Positions 39,900-53,880 of a stretch of DNA of 64,000 bases are shown piece after piece. Under the pieces are notes generated by a model. That model had not been told where the DNA came from, made no database searches, and saw only the letters and a program-made list of their open reading frames with translations. How positions within the stretch are numbered: the first letter of the stretch is position 1; each line of letters starts with the position of its first letter. The translations under genes were made by a program, and so were the position numbers. The stretch lies in assembly GCA_951406725.2 (NCBI GenBank), contig OX597816.1:151838001-151902000 (forward strand). The letters are read 5' to 3'. This stretch comes from Octopus vulgaris. Its lineage: Eukaryota.

Positions 39900-41560
39900 A
39901 AGAAAAAAAAACTGTCAACATTGTGATGGGAGTTGGTTATGAACTGGTGATGAGCACATCTGGAACTGGAGTTATGTATGAGAATGGTGCGAGGTTGGCA
40001 GACATCTGCCTTCCCACAACTTGTATGGGGTCTGTGTTCCCAAACAAAGAGATGCAAAAGGTAAACTGGGTGTCATAAGATGGCATCACAGAAAACCAGA
40101 TAAAGCATTTCTGCATTTCCTTCAGATCAATGATGGACATTGGTGGGAAGAGGGGTAATGATGTGGTATCTGATCATTACTTCTTGGTTGTCCACAAGTA
40201 ACTGAAGCTGAAAAAATACACAAATTACAAGTCAGAGAGAATGAAGTTCAGATTCAAGTTTTGCAAACTCAGGACACCTACAGGCAATTCAACCTGAAAC
40301 TGAAAAACAAGATCGAAATGCTTAGCCAAATACATTCTAATACAGAAGACCTGCTTTCTGGTTGAAAAAAAAAATTCAAAGAAGTTGTGATCTCAACATG
40401 TAAGGCAACAGGATGTGTGAAGCAACAGCACAAAGATATCAACACAGATCTCCAAGAATAGATACCTGCAAGGATATCCCTACTAAGGAAGACTGAGGCT
40501 AGAATCTTTAGGAAGTCACGGTCAATGTGAGCAGAACAAGAAATACCAATGCTACCGCCTGAGAGGCTTACTTGAAGGCTAACAATGAAGTCTTGAATAG
40601 CATCCAAGTAGATAGGTGCCAGTGTGATGACTTGCAGATGGAAATTATCACTGCATCTAAAAGTAGTAACATGAAGAAGCTTTATGACACTATAAGGAAG
40701 CTGAATGACAAACAACAAGGAAAAAGCTGCCCTGTTTGTGACAGCAAAAGTAACATCATTGTTGGCATGGATATGCTGCTGGACCGATGGGCAGAATAAT
40801 TTGTAGAGCTCAATAGACCAGCTCCAGCAAACTCTCCAGACACCAGAGGCTGAAGTGGAACTATTCATCAATTGTGAATCACCACACCAGGCCAAGATCT
40901 GAAAAGCTAAAATATCTCTAAATAGCAACAGAGCAGAGGGACCAGATGACATTCATGCAGAAACCCTCAAGGCCAACCCTGAGGTGACAATGAACAAGGA
41001 AAAGTTCCCCACCTAATCAAAATAAGGCTAACTTATGAAGCTTCTATAGAACAATGTTAATAAATGACAAACTACTGTGGAATAAAGTTGCTATCATTCC
41101 TGGGAAAGCTTTCAACTAAATTATCAAAGAAACACAAGGTACCTGCCTATAGAAAAAGCAAGAAAGATTTCAGTTCATATACAGTTCCTTGTATCTAAAC
41201 TTCTAAGGCTATGAGAACACTTTTGATAGCAAAGACTATGGAAACATTTTTGATTGTGTGCACTGATTGTGAGACTTTGTGGAGAGTGATGAGGCACTAT
41301 GACTGCACAGAAAACTGTGGAGATTGTCCTGGAATGATGAAGGAATGTCCTGAAAGACACTCTGTGATGAAAGCTTGATAGGGAATATTTGATCTCCTCT
41401 GTTATTCTTGGTGGTGATCAACAGGATGATGAAGACCACCAGACAGGAGAACCAGCTTTCAGTGGACCATGTAGAACTGGCTTGAAAATTTTGATTATGC
41501 AGATAACTGTGTACTGTTCTCTTACATTGAACATCAAATGCAAAAAATAACCACTCTCTA
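39900..41560 (+). mobile_element. Decayed RTE-like LINE (APE endonuclease and RT)
   Basis: ENGARLADIC...FPNKEMQKVNWVS.DGITENQI...VVSDHYFLV (APE), RAEGPDDIHAETLKA, and CGIKLLSFLGK (RT). Confidence 0.75.
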
Positions 41561-42224
41561 TGAAATATCTGCAAAAGTTACTTTAGAAGAGCCAATACAT
41601 GTTAAGAATGATCAATGCACCTTCACACACACACACACGCGCGCGCACACACACACATGCATGCACACAGGCACACACACATGCGCACACACACACACTC
41701 TTTGCTATGCTTACTTTTATTCATTTGTTTCTATACACATTTTTTCTCTCTGTCCTTTGTTTATACTGTTTTCCATCTGAATGTCTGTCTGCTTGAATTA
41801 TCATTTTTGTTATAAACATTATGTTCTACTCATGTGAAATATAGTTACATGAACAACAATGTTCACAAAACTCTGAGTAGGAAAAATTCCATTATACAAT
41901 AAATAGAAATAAACACTATTGAAATGTTTGTTTAGAACTTTTCTGCTCTACCAAGAAATGAAAAGAACAAAGTTGGGAAATGGCAAATGAAACAGCATCA
42001 TCAGGCAGATGAAGTTGAGGAATAAAGAAACATGTTCATGCCTGCCTTTGAGAAACCTTTAAAGAAAAGAAATACTGTTACAATCAGTATAACCTTCTGG
42101 TTAATTTATATACAGATTGCATTTTGAGCTCTATTGTTTTTCTGAGCAGGTAATTAGATGGTTTTGTAAATTGTTAATTTCTATTTTTAATGAGAAATGC
42201 TATTTGTTCTAGATTATCAATTAA

Positions 42225-42640
42225 CCTTTTCAGACCTGAATTATTTCTTAACATGGTAAAACTGTTTGCATGATTTAAAATAAATCATGTGATGCACTGT
42301 TAAAAACAGTATAATGGCTTGAAAAGATATACAGGCTATGGTCAGAATTTTATAAAATTTTGAAAGTAATTTGTCCAAAGTTTGATGTGACATGAAACTG
42401 CAAAGGAATATAAAATATAACTTCCTGTAAATTTTAGTTAGATATGGCTTGGTTTGACAGAGCTATAACATTCAGTAGATATATTCTGTTAAAAAATCAA
42501 GTGAAGTGAGAATATGACTGTCTGTGCACTCTCGTATAGAAACATCATGTTATTATCTAGATACCTATTCTAAACTCTTTACAACATAAGATACTTAAAT
42601 ATTAATACTTAGATATTCATGTATTAAAGTTCTGAATGGG
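42225..42640. mobile_element. piggyBac-type MITE
   Basis: TTAA|CCTTTTCAGACC ... GTTCTGAATGGG|TTAA (imperfect TIR). Confidence 0.6.
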
Positions 42641-43739
42641 TTAAAATCTTTAGTTTGTCATGTTAATATAATTAAAGTGTCTAATGTCTGCTAAGAAGAT
42701 GCTTTGTTCAAACCATGTTCAATAAGTTTATTAAATAGTTTCAAGTGTGCCCATTGATGAAGCAACAAATGATGCTATAATACATTTTTTAAAACCAAAA
42801 TCAGTAAATATTAATAGTTCCTGTTCTTTGGCTGTTGAAAGAAACCCTACTATACAATTGCAAATACAATCAGAGACTTCTAGTAGTTATTCTTGTTGCG
42901 GTAGTTTTAGTTTCATTGTCTCAATGAACATTACAACAATCAGCCAATGAAACCAGCCTCAACCAAATCAACTAATGAATGTTAACTCACTCAAGTCGAC
43001 ATTAAACAACAATAAATGATTTTTTTATCATTTAACTTGATTCAATGTATTCGATGTAACTTATTATGATCAAATCTACAGTCATGCATATTGTTTTGTT
43101 GTATTTTTTCTGTATGAAGTATAAAGAAAATATTCAAAACAACAGCATGTTAGAGATAAAGAACATTTGCTTTTAATGAAGGATTTTGTAAGTGGAAAAA
43201 AAAAAAAAACATCAACACTTTGAGGATCATCAGTTGTGTGAATCTCACTGTGCTGCAAATGTTCTGGAAGTACTGACTTCTAAATATTATAATGGATGAA
43301 ACTACAAGAATGAGTATGCAAACATATCATAAATGTATAATAAAAATTACCGAGTGTTTGCACTTCTTTTCTCAACAAAAAATAGAAAATGTTGATGAGT
43401 TGGCTAATTTGTATAAACCTAGTATGGCTGAGAGCGAAAAATGATGCTGATCTTCTGGAGTGGCTCAACAAAGCTATACAAATAAATACCTAAGCCATGT
43501 TATAAAAAGTAGTTCTGTTTTATAATGGCTGATTTGTATGGTAAAGTAGGGAAAAAACAGTTTTCACTCGTTCTTTATGACAAAACTACACATCTAACAA
43601 ATTTATCAATGTTTGGTGACCAGTGAGAAATTTCTTGGTTTTTTATTGCTTGCCGGACATAAAATCTTCAATGTATTCAATAAAGCTAAATTTATCTAAC
43701 TGTAGAGAAGAATAGATTGACAGAACAAACAGCACGCCT

Positions 43740-45150
43740 AGGTCAGGCCAAGTGTGGAGGCATTCACTGTTGTAGCTTGTTGCTGTGTTCACCATTTGTC
43801 AGTATATTTCCAAGTAGAGTCCCAGTCAGTCCCCATCTCCATGAGGTACCTCTTCATCTGCTGTGACTATGTTGTATGTGGTAGACCATCATGAGCTATC
43901 AACACAGCCAAATCCTCAGTGTAAAGAATATGGTAAGCAGGGTCTAACTCAGAAAATTGAGCAGCATGCTTATGCTCCTGAATCATACAAGTAGCAGGAT
44001 GCATCTCACTTCTGAGTAGAGTCATTGGTTGGGTATGAAATCCAGGATCCTGTCAGTAGTTGACCTCCAGTAGTTGACCCACGAAACATCAGAGCACCCA
44101 GACCAGTTGTAGGTGTAACCACTGGTTGAGATGTTACCCTACTCTGGATGACACACCTCTGATAGGACTTCCACAGAAACTCTCAAATGGCTGAGTTCCA
44201 AAGATATTAAGGGCAGATGAGAATCATCCCTCAGAGAGAACATTCTAGGTCCCCACCTGAATAAGCTTCCTCAGATTGGACTGAGATTTACAACTCCTGG
44301 CAGATGACATCTTTGCACCACTCAAACGATGACCTGCTAACCCATCTTGTCGTCCAGGTTTTACCCCATTTGGCAGATGGGGGTCCTGACAGCTTTGTTC
44401 CAGTCATTTCATACAACATGTCTTATAAACAGTTGAGGTACTTCCCTGGAGGAGAGAATTTTTGAGGTTTGTACAAGAGGTTGTTACTGGTAAGGGTTTT
44501 ACAACACATAGAGATGTTAGGTCTATTCTTTGGCATTCCAGTTCCCACACAGTAGCTGTGAACACATTAGACAAAGATTTCTAGGGAAAAAAATCTGAAG
44601 TAGTCATGTGTTTGGAAGAACTTTAACCAGAGACATTAGCAACATATTGTCAAGCACATTCTTTAAGTCTGTGTGTGTAGGAAACTGTAATGCAATGTGA
44701 GTCACCATCTGATGTGAGAAGTCTCAGAGAGGAATTGTCACAGGAACCAGAGAAGGAAAATTTACTCGGTGAATTCAGAAAAAAAGTATATTGTTGCCAG
44801 GTAGTAACCTTGAGGGCAATTAGATGGACAGTACATGCTGTTTTAATGAACTCTTGATACTTATGTTTTACTATTCAAGTGCTGACAAGAATCTTTACCG
44901 ACATGGTTTGGGACTGTCTAATTGGATCCTAGGTGCAGAAAGAACATTTTATTTCTTCTTTGGACTAACTCTCAACCAACTTTTGTACTCACGTACAGAC
45001 AACTTATCATATTCATTGGAAGCAGCTAAAATGTCATCAACAGATGGGCAGTAAATGGTTGAAACTGCTAAACACGTTTTGTTGAAAGGTGTCAGCTTGA
45101 TACCATTACATTCTGAGGCTATAGATTCAGTAATCTCATTTACTGAACAA
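43740..45150 (-). mobile_element. Highly degenerate retroelement remnant, possibly DIRS-like
   Basis: YCPSVDDILAA (YxDD-like), RCHLPGVVNL (HIPGxxN-like) and QATTVNASTLGL (recombinase-like) occur in that order, with many stops. Confidence 0.35.
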
Positions 45151-46013
45151 TACTTTGATCACGTGAGTTACATGGTATATTCAAGTCAGGGGACATTGCT
45201 TTTAGTTATATTATAATTAATTATTTCACTCTACATATATTACAAAGTTGAATCAATATTTTGCAAATTTTTCAATTGTGAAATGCAACAGGTAACTATT
45301 TCAAAGAAATATTTTATAATGCCTTTGGTTATAGTAGATTAATTCTCCTATATCAATTTATATTTAAGTGTTAACTTATAGGCATTGGTGTTAGCAAAAG
45401 TTTGACCAAATTCACTGCATGGTAACACTCATATTTATTTGCCTCTGCATAAAATTATCATATATTTATTTTATGGTACATTGTATTAACAGTGGCAAAT
45501 GTCTAAGAGTGTTGTGGATGAGGAAGCGAAGCAGAGAATGCCAGTAGAAGTGGTGACCATCATCTTGTGATTCAGTCTAGTTCTGGTATCAAAGGTGGTA
45601 TGTCCAGCAGTCATAGTAGAGTTGGCTGTGCAATGAAAGACAAAGATGGAAACAAGAGAAATGAAGCCAGGAAAATATGCAGAGTTAGAGTAAGAGGGCA
45701 AGGGAAACAATGGATGGAAGGCAGAGTTAGGGTTAGGGTGTTAATCAAGTAGGAGGGGCTTTACAGAGCTTACTGTTAGAAAGTGTTGTTGGGTTTTGTG
45801 TGTGGTTAACTGAAACTAAGATTGGCTGGCTACTTATTCAATTAGTTAGTATTGAGTCCCACCAACAGTAAATGTTTCATTGTTATTAAAATAGTGCCAT
45901 CTATTTAACATCTGCACACAGGCACACATGTGCATGTATACATACATACATACATACATACATACATACATACATACATACATACATACATACATACATA
46001 CACATATATATAT

Positions 46014-46192
46014 AAGTAAATAAATGGAGTTGAATGCAGATGTTATTAAAATTCTTTTACTTTCGACATATGTTTCGAAGACAACATTGGTTTTATTCCA
46101 AAGGAATAAACGGTGTAAAGTGCAATCTTCTTATCAGGACAACCCCAACAGAATTAAATTTATCATTTGCATTCAACTCCATTTATTTACTT
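46014..46192 (-). ncRNA. Short fold-back enclosing a hammerhead motif (46063-46139), G8A variant
   Basis: Arms AAGTAAATAAATGGAGTTGAATGCA / TGCATTCAACTCCATTTATTTACTT. The loop reads TC-CTGATAA-GAAGAT...GTCTTC-GAA-ACATATGT-C-GA. Confidence 0.7.
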
Positions 46193-46342
46193 ATACTACA
46201 CAAATTACTGCACATTAACCCGGAGTTTCTACCTTTGAATAGGTCGCTTCATCCGTGTTACTTGCTTGAATTTTGCTACCCTGGTAACTGTTTATTGAAT
46301 TTTCCATGTTAACAGTAAACAAAGGATAATTCATTCATCCAT

Positions 46343-46380
<38 letters not shown>

Positions 46381-46473
46381 ATGTATGTGTATGAAAAAAA
46401 TGGAGAAATTGACATATAGACAGACATCAATTTATTGAAACAAATCCAATTTTGAACAATATCAAACTCATAG

Positions 46474-46574
46474 AACCTACAATTGTTTCCATGTCCAATC
46501 AATTAATTCAAATCAGAAAAATTAAATTAAAGATTCATATTGAATTATAGTTAATTGAACATTTCATCAGAATT
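46474..46574 (-). ncRNA. Type I hammerhead ribozyme motif with long stem II
   Basis: AATT-CTGATGA-A-ATGTTCAATTAA...TTGATTGGACAT-G-GAA-ACAATTGT-A-GGTT. Confidence 0.72.
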
Positions 46575-46697
46575 TGGATACTGACATCTCTTTAAAAAGT
46601 ACTTATATCCTTGAAATAATACACAGACAAACAGACACAGACACAGACACAGACACACACACACACACACACGTGCGCGCACACACACACACGCGTG

Positions 46698-46745
<48 letters not shown>

Positions 46746-46959
46746 CACACACACGCACACACACACACACATTTGAACATACATATGCATGTATTTACAT
46801 GCATACATGCACACTATATATATATAAGTATGTATATATATATATATAATTCTTATACAAGAATGTTATTGACATTGACTTTGAAGTTTTGGCCAGCTAA
46901 GCCATCATTGGACTGCGACTATTTGATGTAAGCATAGGATCAAAGGACTTGGTAGAGAT

Positions 46960-49580
46960 ACGTGACATCATGGGTCTTTACATATTAGAAAAGATGCACA
47001 ACAAATTTCTATTCATCTTAAGCAGTCTATATAGAGATGAAGATCTACTTCTAGCAAGAAAATACAACCAGAAAAACTGATAAATTTAGGAAGGATCTAC
47101 ATCACTTCTTCAAAACCTTGTGCTTCACAATCACTGTAGGAACACACCAAAGTCAGCCAACTTCCTAGATGTTGCCCTTGAACTCAAGTATCTATAAACC
47201 ATACAAGAAAAATAACTAAAAAATTTAGTATATACATAAACAATCCAACCACTCCAAAAGTATTATCAAAAACCTAATAAAGAAACATATCTCTCAGACT
47301 TTCCTCTTTATCTTCAAATAAAAAAATCCTGAACAAAATAGTAACTCCAAATAACAAATCTGTCAATGATAGCAGTTTCAAGGAAAAAGTGCAATATATA
47401 AACAGCAATCCTACAAAAAATAAAATATCTAAGAAAAGAAAAAGGAAGATTATTTGGTATAAATTCCCACTCAATATTCAAGTCTCCACACAAATAGCTA
47501 AATTATTTTTCAAAATAATGAAGAGACACTTCCATCCCAACCACAAATATTAAAAACTAATAAACAAACACAACATAAAATTGTCATACTCCACGAAAAA
47601 ACTGTAGCCAACTACAACTACCAAAATTGTCTAAAATTGAAAACTTAAACCACACACACACACACACACACAAAATAACAATTGCAACTGTAGAACACTT
47701 TCATCCTGCCCTTTAGAAAGAAACTGTCTCTCAAGAAATTTTGTATATTGTGCAACAGTAACCACAAACATGACACTAATCTCTGTATCTACATACATAA
47801 GATCTATGGCAGTGGTTCTCAACTGGGGTTCATATGGCTCCTGAGAGTCCATATAAAATTTTTGGGGGTCCACACAACAAAATAGTTAATTGGAGATTGA
47901 TAATAGTATATTAAGGGGCCCCTGAAAAAATTTTGCTGAGAATGTATTGGTATATATCGCAAGAAAGAACCAGGTTTCTTTCTCTAACATTTTACATAGT
48001 TCAACATACACATGTTAATGTGTAGAAAACAAAATAGGAGTTTTGGAAGAAGTATCTATAAAACTAGTTTTTAAACATTGAATGGCTATGGGGGTCCACC
48101 AGAATAAAATAGTAATCAAAGGGGTCCATAGATAAAAATGGTTGAGAACCCCTGATCTACAGCAAACCAGTTCAAGAAGTGATACAACCAGCACATGCAC
48201 ACTTCTTGCAACCCAAACAGGAAATATGATATGTCACTATTCAAACATATATGGCAATTAAAATAAAAAGGAAAACACTGTTTAGCATCAAGTGGAAAAT
48301 ACTCTCACACACACAACCATACCAAGGTAATAATAAAACCTACCAATTTTGTATAAATGAGTCCTACCACATTCATGGACCAAGTTCTGAATTGAAACTC
48401 AGAACCAGTAAAATCGTCAGAACCAGTAAAAGCGTAAAATCTTAAAAACAATAAAACATTTCAAACCAATAATCTTTTCTAATGGCTAAACTTGTTAATA
48501 TTGTTAATATTAATATTACACTAACCCCCTTCCATTTACCTACACGATAAACTATCCCCACAATATAAAATTAAAAAGAAAATATTCTTATAGCTTTACA
48601 CTTTTACATTAAACAAGTACTCTACAAATTATCTAAAAGTTTCCCTATCTCTAACTAAAATTCCCACAAAAGATTTTCTAATATAATTACACAAACCTAC
48701 ATACAACACACATAAAATGCAAGCAAACTGGAAGAACTCTTTCCATTATCTTCTTTTAAAATCAAATTTTATCATATTTTTGTTCCCATTTTTATATAAG
48801 AATATATACACATTTCAATATCAGCCCCACTTTAGCATATATCCAGAAAACAATTTGAATAAATTTTACAAAGATACTAAGCAAACTTTATTTCCACAAA
48901 GCAAGAAGCTTAAAATCCCTATATACTACTCAAATTGCTTATAGGTCAATGGAAACCTAGAGGGAAACATATAAGCATACAACTTTTACTTGAATACTTT
49001 TGTGAAAAGCAAAGCTCAAGAGAAACAACTTTCCATACTAATAAAACCATGACACACCTGAGTAATAACCTCAACCTTACAAATGAGAACAAGAAATACC
49101 CTAAATAACAACAACAGTAAGTAAAGACAGGACTAGTCTAAACTTACCACCTACATTCTTTTGTAAAAAAAGTTGACATACCCTCCTTGTCTATCTAAGA
49201 GCTTAGATGCTGGATTTTGTACTTTTGAGTTTTACATTGTCAAAGGGGTTTAAATCCAGTAATACAAAAAGTAACAAAAATACTGTCACACCTTGTGCCC
49301 ATCTAACAAAGGAGGAAAACTTACAGGCTTGTTTACAAAGTTCCACATGCATAAATAAAATCTAAATAATAACATTTGAAATTTAATCAATTAAATTTTT
49401 TTCAAAACACCTTTCCATAACAACCAACCTGCACTGCAATCTGACGATGGCTTAGCAGAACAAAACTTTGCAGTCACTGTCAACAACATTCTTGTATAAG
49501 AATGATAAATTAATTATATACAAAAGTATAGGTAACCCATCAGATTAATAGAAAATTGTTTTAATTACAGCTGAACATAA
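46960..49580 (+). mobile_element. Penelope-like retroelement (RT C-terminal part, GIY-YIG, long 3' region with degenerate hammerhead at 49441-49475)
   Basis: YRDEDL, NFLDVAL, YIHKQSNH, RKIIWYKFP...HFHPNHKY and CNCRTLSSCPLERNCLSRNFVYCA...TYI. Confidence 0.88.
47810..48154. mobile_element. hAT-type MITE nested in the Penelope GIY-YIG domain
   Basis: TIRs CAGTGGTTCTCAAC / GTTGAGAACCCCTG. 8-bp TSD ATCTATGG / ATCTACAG. Confidence 0.85.
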
Positions 49581-50392
49581 AAACAAGCATATATATATAT
49601 ATAATCACACACACACATGCACACATATGTACACATATACACACGTGTGTGTGTGCATGTGCTAATGCATGTGAGTGTTTATATATGTACAAACAAGACC
49701 TGATTTGAAACAATAATGTGGTTTGTGTGCGTCAACCTGCAATAAAAATGTGTGTGCATGTGTGAGTGCACATGTGCATGTGTGTATGTATGCGTACGTT
49801 AGCATATGTGTGTGTGTGTATGGTATTAATGTACATGAAGAAGCCTACCTACTTATATCTGCTTGCCAAACATGCGAAAACAAAGAAAACAGCAACCTAA
49901 GTTACATTTATTGTTGTTTATTTTCTAAGATAAATGAATGAATAGAAAAATCTTCATGGAGGGAAAATGGAAATTGATAACTGCTAAATGTTACAATGAC
50001 ATCAAGCCGATCTATGACTATGAAAACAAGGTTTTATTATCTCTAGATACTAGTAGGTGACTAAATAGTTCAGAAACCTGAATAGTGTCCTATTAGGGAA
50101 AATAATGGCTTCTAACTATTAGAAAACATTGTAATCAATAGTGAAACTATATATATTAGCATTGTCAATCAGTTGTGTTATAATGATGACAATGATAGCA
50201 ACAGAAGCAGAAACAACAATAACAAAAACAAAAACAAAAACAACAGTAACTACAGCATCATCATCAACATCACCATCATAGTCAATAACACAAAAAAAAC
50301 AGAAACAAGAAGAACAACAATGTTTTCTTTTTTTAACAGTAAATGCGCATACACACACACACACATATATATATATATATGCATATCTGTTT

Positions 50393-50473
<81 letters not shown>

Positions 50474-51729
50474 CACACACATACATACACATACACACAT
50501 AACACATACACATGTATATTCACACACATGCACATATATACATGCATGTGTGTGCTTGTATGTGTAAAATAATACAAGAAACCATAACAATGGCAATTAC
50601 AACATCATCCACAGTAGCAACACTAACAAATAAAGTCATGATTTTAGAGAAAGGAAGCATTCAATTATATTGACCCCAGTATGTCATCACTGGTATTTTA
50701 TTTTTATTGATCCTTGGAAAGAGGAAAGTCTAGGTTCACTAAGGTAAGATTTGAACTGGGATCATAAAAGTCCTTAATTTAATATTGGTTTTAAATTTTG
50801 GTAAAAAGTCCAGCAATTTCAGGGGCTGGAGTAAAACAAATAGATTGACTCCAATGCTCAAGTGGTACTTCATTTTATTGATTCTGAAAAGATTAAAGGT
50901 AAAGTCCACCTAGGCAGCATTTGAACTCAGAACACAAAGACAGATGAAATGCTGCTAAGTATTTTGACTGGCTTGCTAATGATCCTGCCAGTTTGTTGCC
51001 TTAATAACCAGTAATATTGATTTCAAATTTTAGCACAAGGCCAGCAATCTCTGGGGTTGGAATAAGCCAACTACATTGACCTCATTGCTCAACTGGAGTT
51101 TATTCTATCAACCCTGAAAGGATGAGAGGTAAAATCAACTTGGGTGAAATCTGAACTCAGAATGTAAAGATTGATGAAATGCCACTAAGCTTTTTGCTCA
51201 GTATTCTAACGATTCAGCTGGCTCACTGCCTTAAAGTCCTTAACTTGATATTGCATGACATTTTGTCGATTGCTCTCGTGATTTGCTAAATCCATTGCCC
51301 TGGTAACAGCAATGATACTTACGAAACCAATAGCAATAACAACAAGAACAGCAGCATCAATAACAGCTGTAACATCACTAACAACATCATCATCAACAGC
51401 ACTTATAACAAAACAAGAACAATAGCAATGAAGCGTTTTCCTGTTTTAACAGAAAATAAACATGTATATGTGTGTGTATGCATTTGTATGTGTGTGAATG
51501 TATGTGTGTGAATGTGTGTGTGTGTGCATGTGTATCTTGCTGTGCATACATGCACACACACACACACATGCATATATGCCTGCACCTGAAATTTTTTAAA
51601 CATAAGGAAGCGCCTTGCACAAGGCTAACTCCAATTCTCTTAACAACATATGTATTTGTTCATAAAAAATTAGTCTATATCATTGGATGCACACAAAGCC
51701 TCAAGTGTTACATCAGAATTTCCCTTCTA

Positions 51730-53880
51730 TAGAAATGTTTTAACAAAGACCAGGGATCTCTCACTCCCTGCTGTTGGATGGCCAGTGACTATTCTGAGCT
51801 TATCTACTTAGGCTATGTGCTAGTGGGGGCGTCATGGTGCACCCCTCTTGTGATTTACTTTAATGGGTATTTTCATGTATCTCTGGGTCTCACAAGTCAG
51901 AAAATTGATGTTGCTAGAAAAAAAAAAAAAAACTGGAATGGAAGGTACCTCATGAACTTTGATCCTTGCTGGAAAGGATATGTTTCACTGACTGGAGACA
52001 CTCCTGTACAACTGACAACCATTAACTATTATCCAATCATACCTTGCCCAATTACAGACATCAGAGTCATACAGGAATGCCTAAAGTACTCAGAAGAAGC
52101 TTCATAAGAAGTTGGACAGCATTTTGTCATCACTACATTTGACCTGGGCGTATGTATGAAAGTGTTTCCACTAGTATAGAACAACACACGCTGGTATGAG
52201 GACCACATCATCATGATTGGAACAATCCATCTGGCATGTGGCTATCTGAAGATGTTGGGGAAGAAAATGGGCAGAACAGGATTCGCTGAAATCTTACTTG
52301 AAGCTGGTCTTACGACATCTGGGTCTTTGATGGGTGTCATTTCAACAAACAACTATGCATGCTCACTTAACAGCCACAAAGTTCTGAAGGAAGTCCTTGA
52401 GAGATTGATGCTGGCTTGTTTTCTAGAAAATCTGGATAAAGTACCATTTAGAAAGTTAATGTAGTCCTCCAGGGATCGTATTGAGAGACTTGCAACATTT
52501 CCCAGCAAGGAGACTGAAAATGCAGCATTGAATGATCAGGAAATTTGTTCATACATTGAGAAATATTTCCATTTCTGTGAGAACATTCGCTCAGGCCAAC
52601 ATGGAAAGACTGCTGTGCTTTGGAGGACGTACATCGATCATGTTTGGCAGATAATGTGCCTTCTACAAGCTGTAAAGACAAACTGCCTTATGTCTGGTCT
52701 CTTCTTCAGCTTTGGAGGACACAGCTATACCTGGTACCTCACATTCTTTTCGATGTTTATTGCCAACATTGAACATTCTCATCCTGGTGTGGAGGATCTG
52801 TTAAAGAGAGGTGCAATCAATGTGGTGAGATCCTTTATTCCAGGAAATAGGTGTGCTGTCAAGACAGTTGAAGAAACTTTTATGAAGCATGCAAAATCAA
52901 AAGGTAGAACTGTCTTGACTGAAGCAGACATTAGTGATCTGCAGACAAAGTCAGGTAAAGAATGAGCCAAATTCCTTCAGGCTACATTTTATCTAGCAGG
53001 AATGTCTGATGAAGGAGACAAAGGACTGCAACATCGAGATGTTTGCCCTTGTGAAATTGCAACCAGCAAGAAACTTGTCTCAAGGACCATTGCAGCTATC
53101 AAGTGCTTCAACAACCCTTTTAACATCCCAGATGATGGAAAGTTGTACAATCTATCATCCGGCGCCCTGGCTTCAGAAGTTGTGAAGGACATCCTCACTG
53201 CTGAGACTGTTGGTAGGTTAGCAAAGGAAGACTTCATAGAAAACAGACTAATGAAGATGGATGGCTTCTTCGATCCTATTAAACGCCCAAATTTGAAAAC
53301 TATGTCACATATGCACAAGTCCATGAAACTCTCAACTTCTCAAAACAAAGTTGTCGAGTATAAGCAGTAAGGAAACATAGCATTTCACTGACTAGTGAAT
53401 CCTGAAGCACAGATTGATCAGAGACTTGACCTTGATAAAATGTTGACATATCCATTGATGCCTGTTCCATACAGCATTGGATTGGCAGATGGATTTTTAA
53501 AAGCAAAAACAGACAAATCAAAAGGCTTCAAATATGTTGTGAAAGAATGTGATGATGTACAATTATCTGATCCAAGACAGCACTTCATCATAGAGGATGA
53601 AAATGCAGTGTTTTATTGCTTGCGTGAGATTCCACAAACATTTGGGGAAATATTTCGTAAGGTTAGGATCTGCTCTTCAACTGTCACCTGTCATATTTAG
53701 CACTGACATGTTCAAAGAAGACTCTGTAAAAGGAATGGAATGAAACGGATAAGGTGTTGGAGACAAACTCATCCTGAGTGGTGAGAAAACAAAGCATCTG
53801 AAAGACTGGGAAGTATTTCTTTTGAATGATGAGAACAAGGCACAGTTCATTCAGCTTTTGCTCTCAACTTGGAGGGGTGA
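51730..53880 (+). mobile_element. Academ-like DNA transposon (transposase plus XPG/PIN-like nuclease), decayed
   Basis: VITTFDLGVCMK...HIIMIGTIH...LGKKM..TGFAEILLEAGL..SGS, then LTYPLMPVPYSIGLADG...IIEDENAVF...DWEVFLLNDENKAQFIQLL. Family assignment is from motif memory. Confidence 0.7.
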
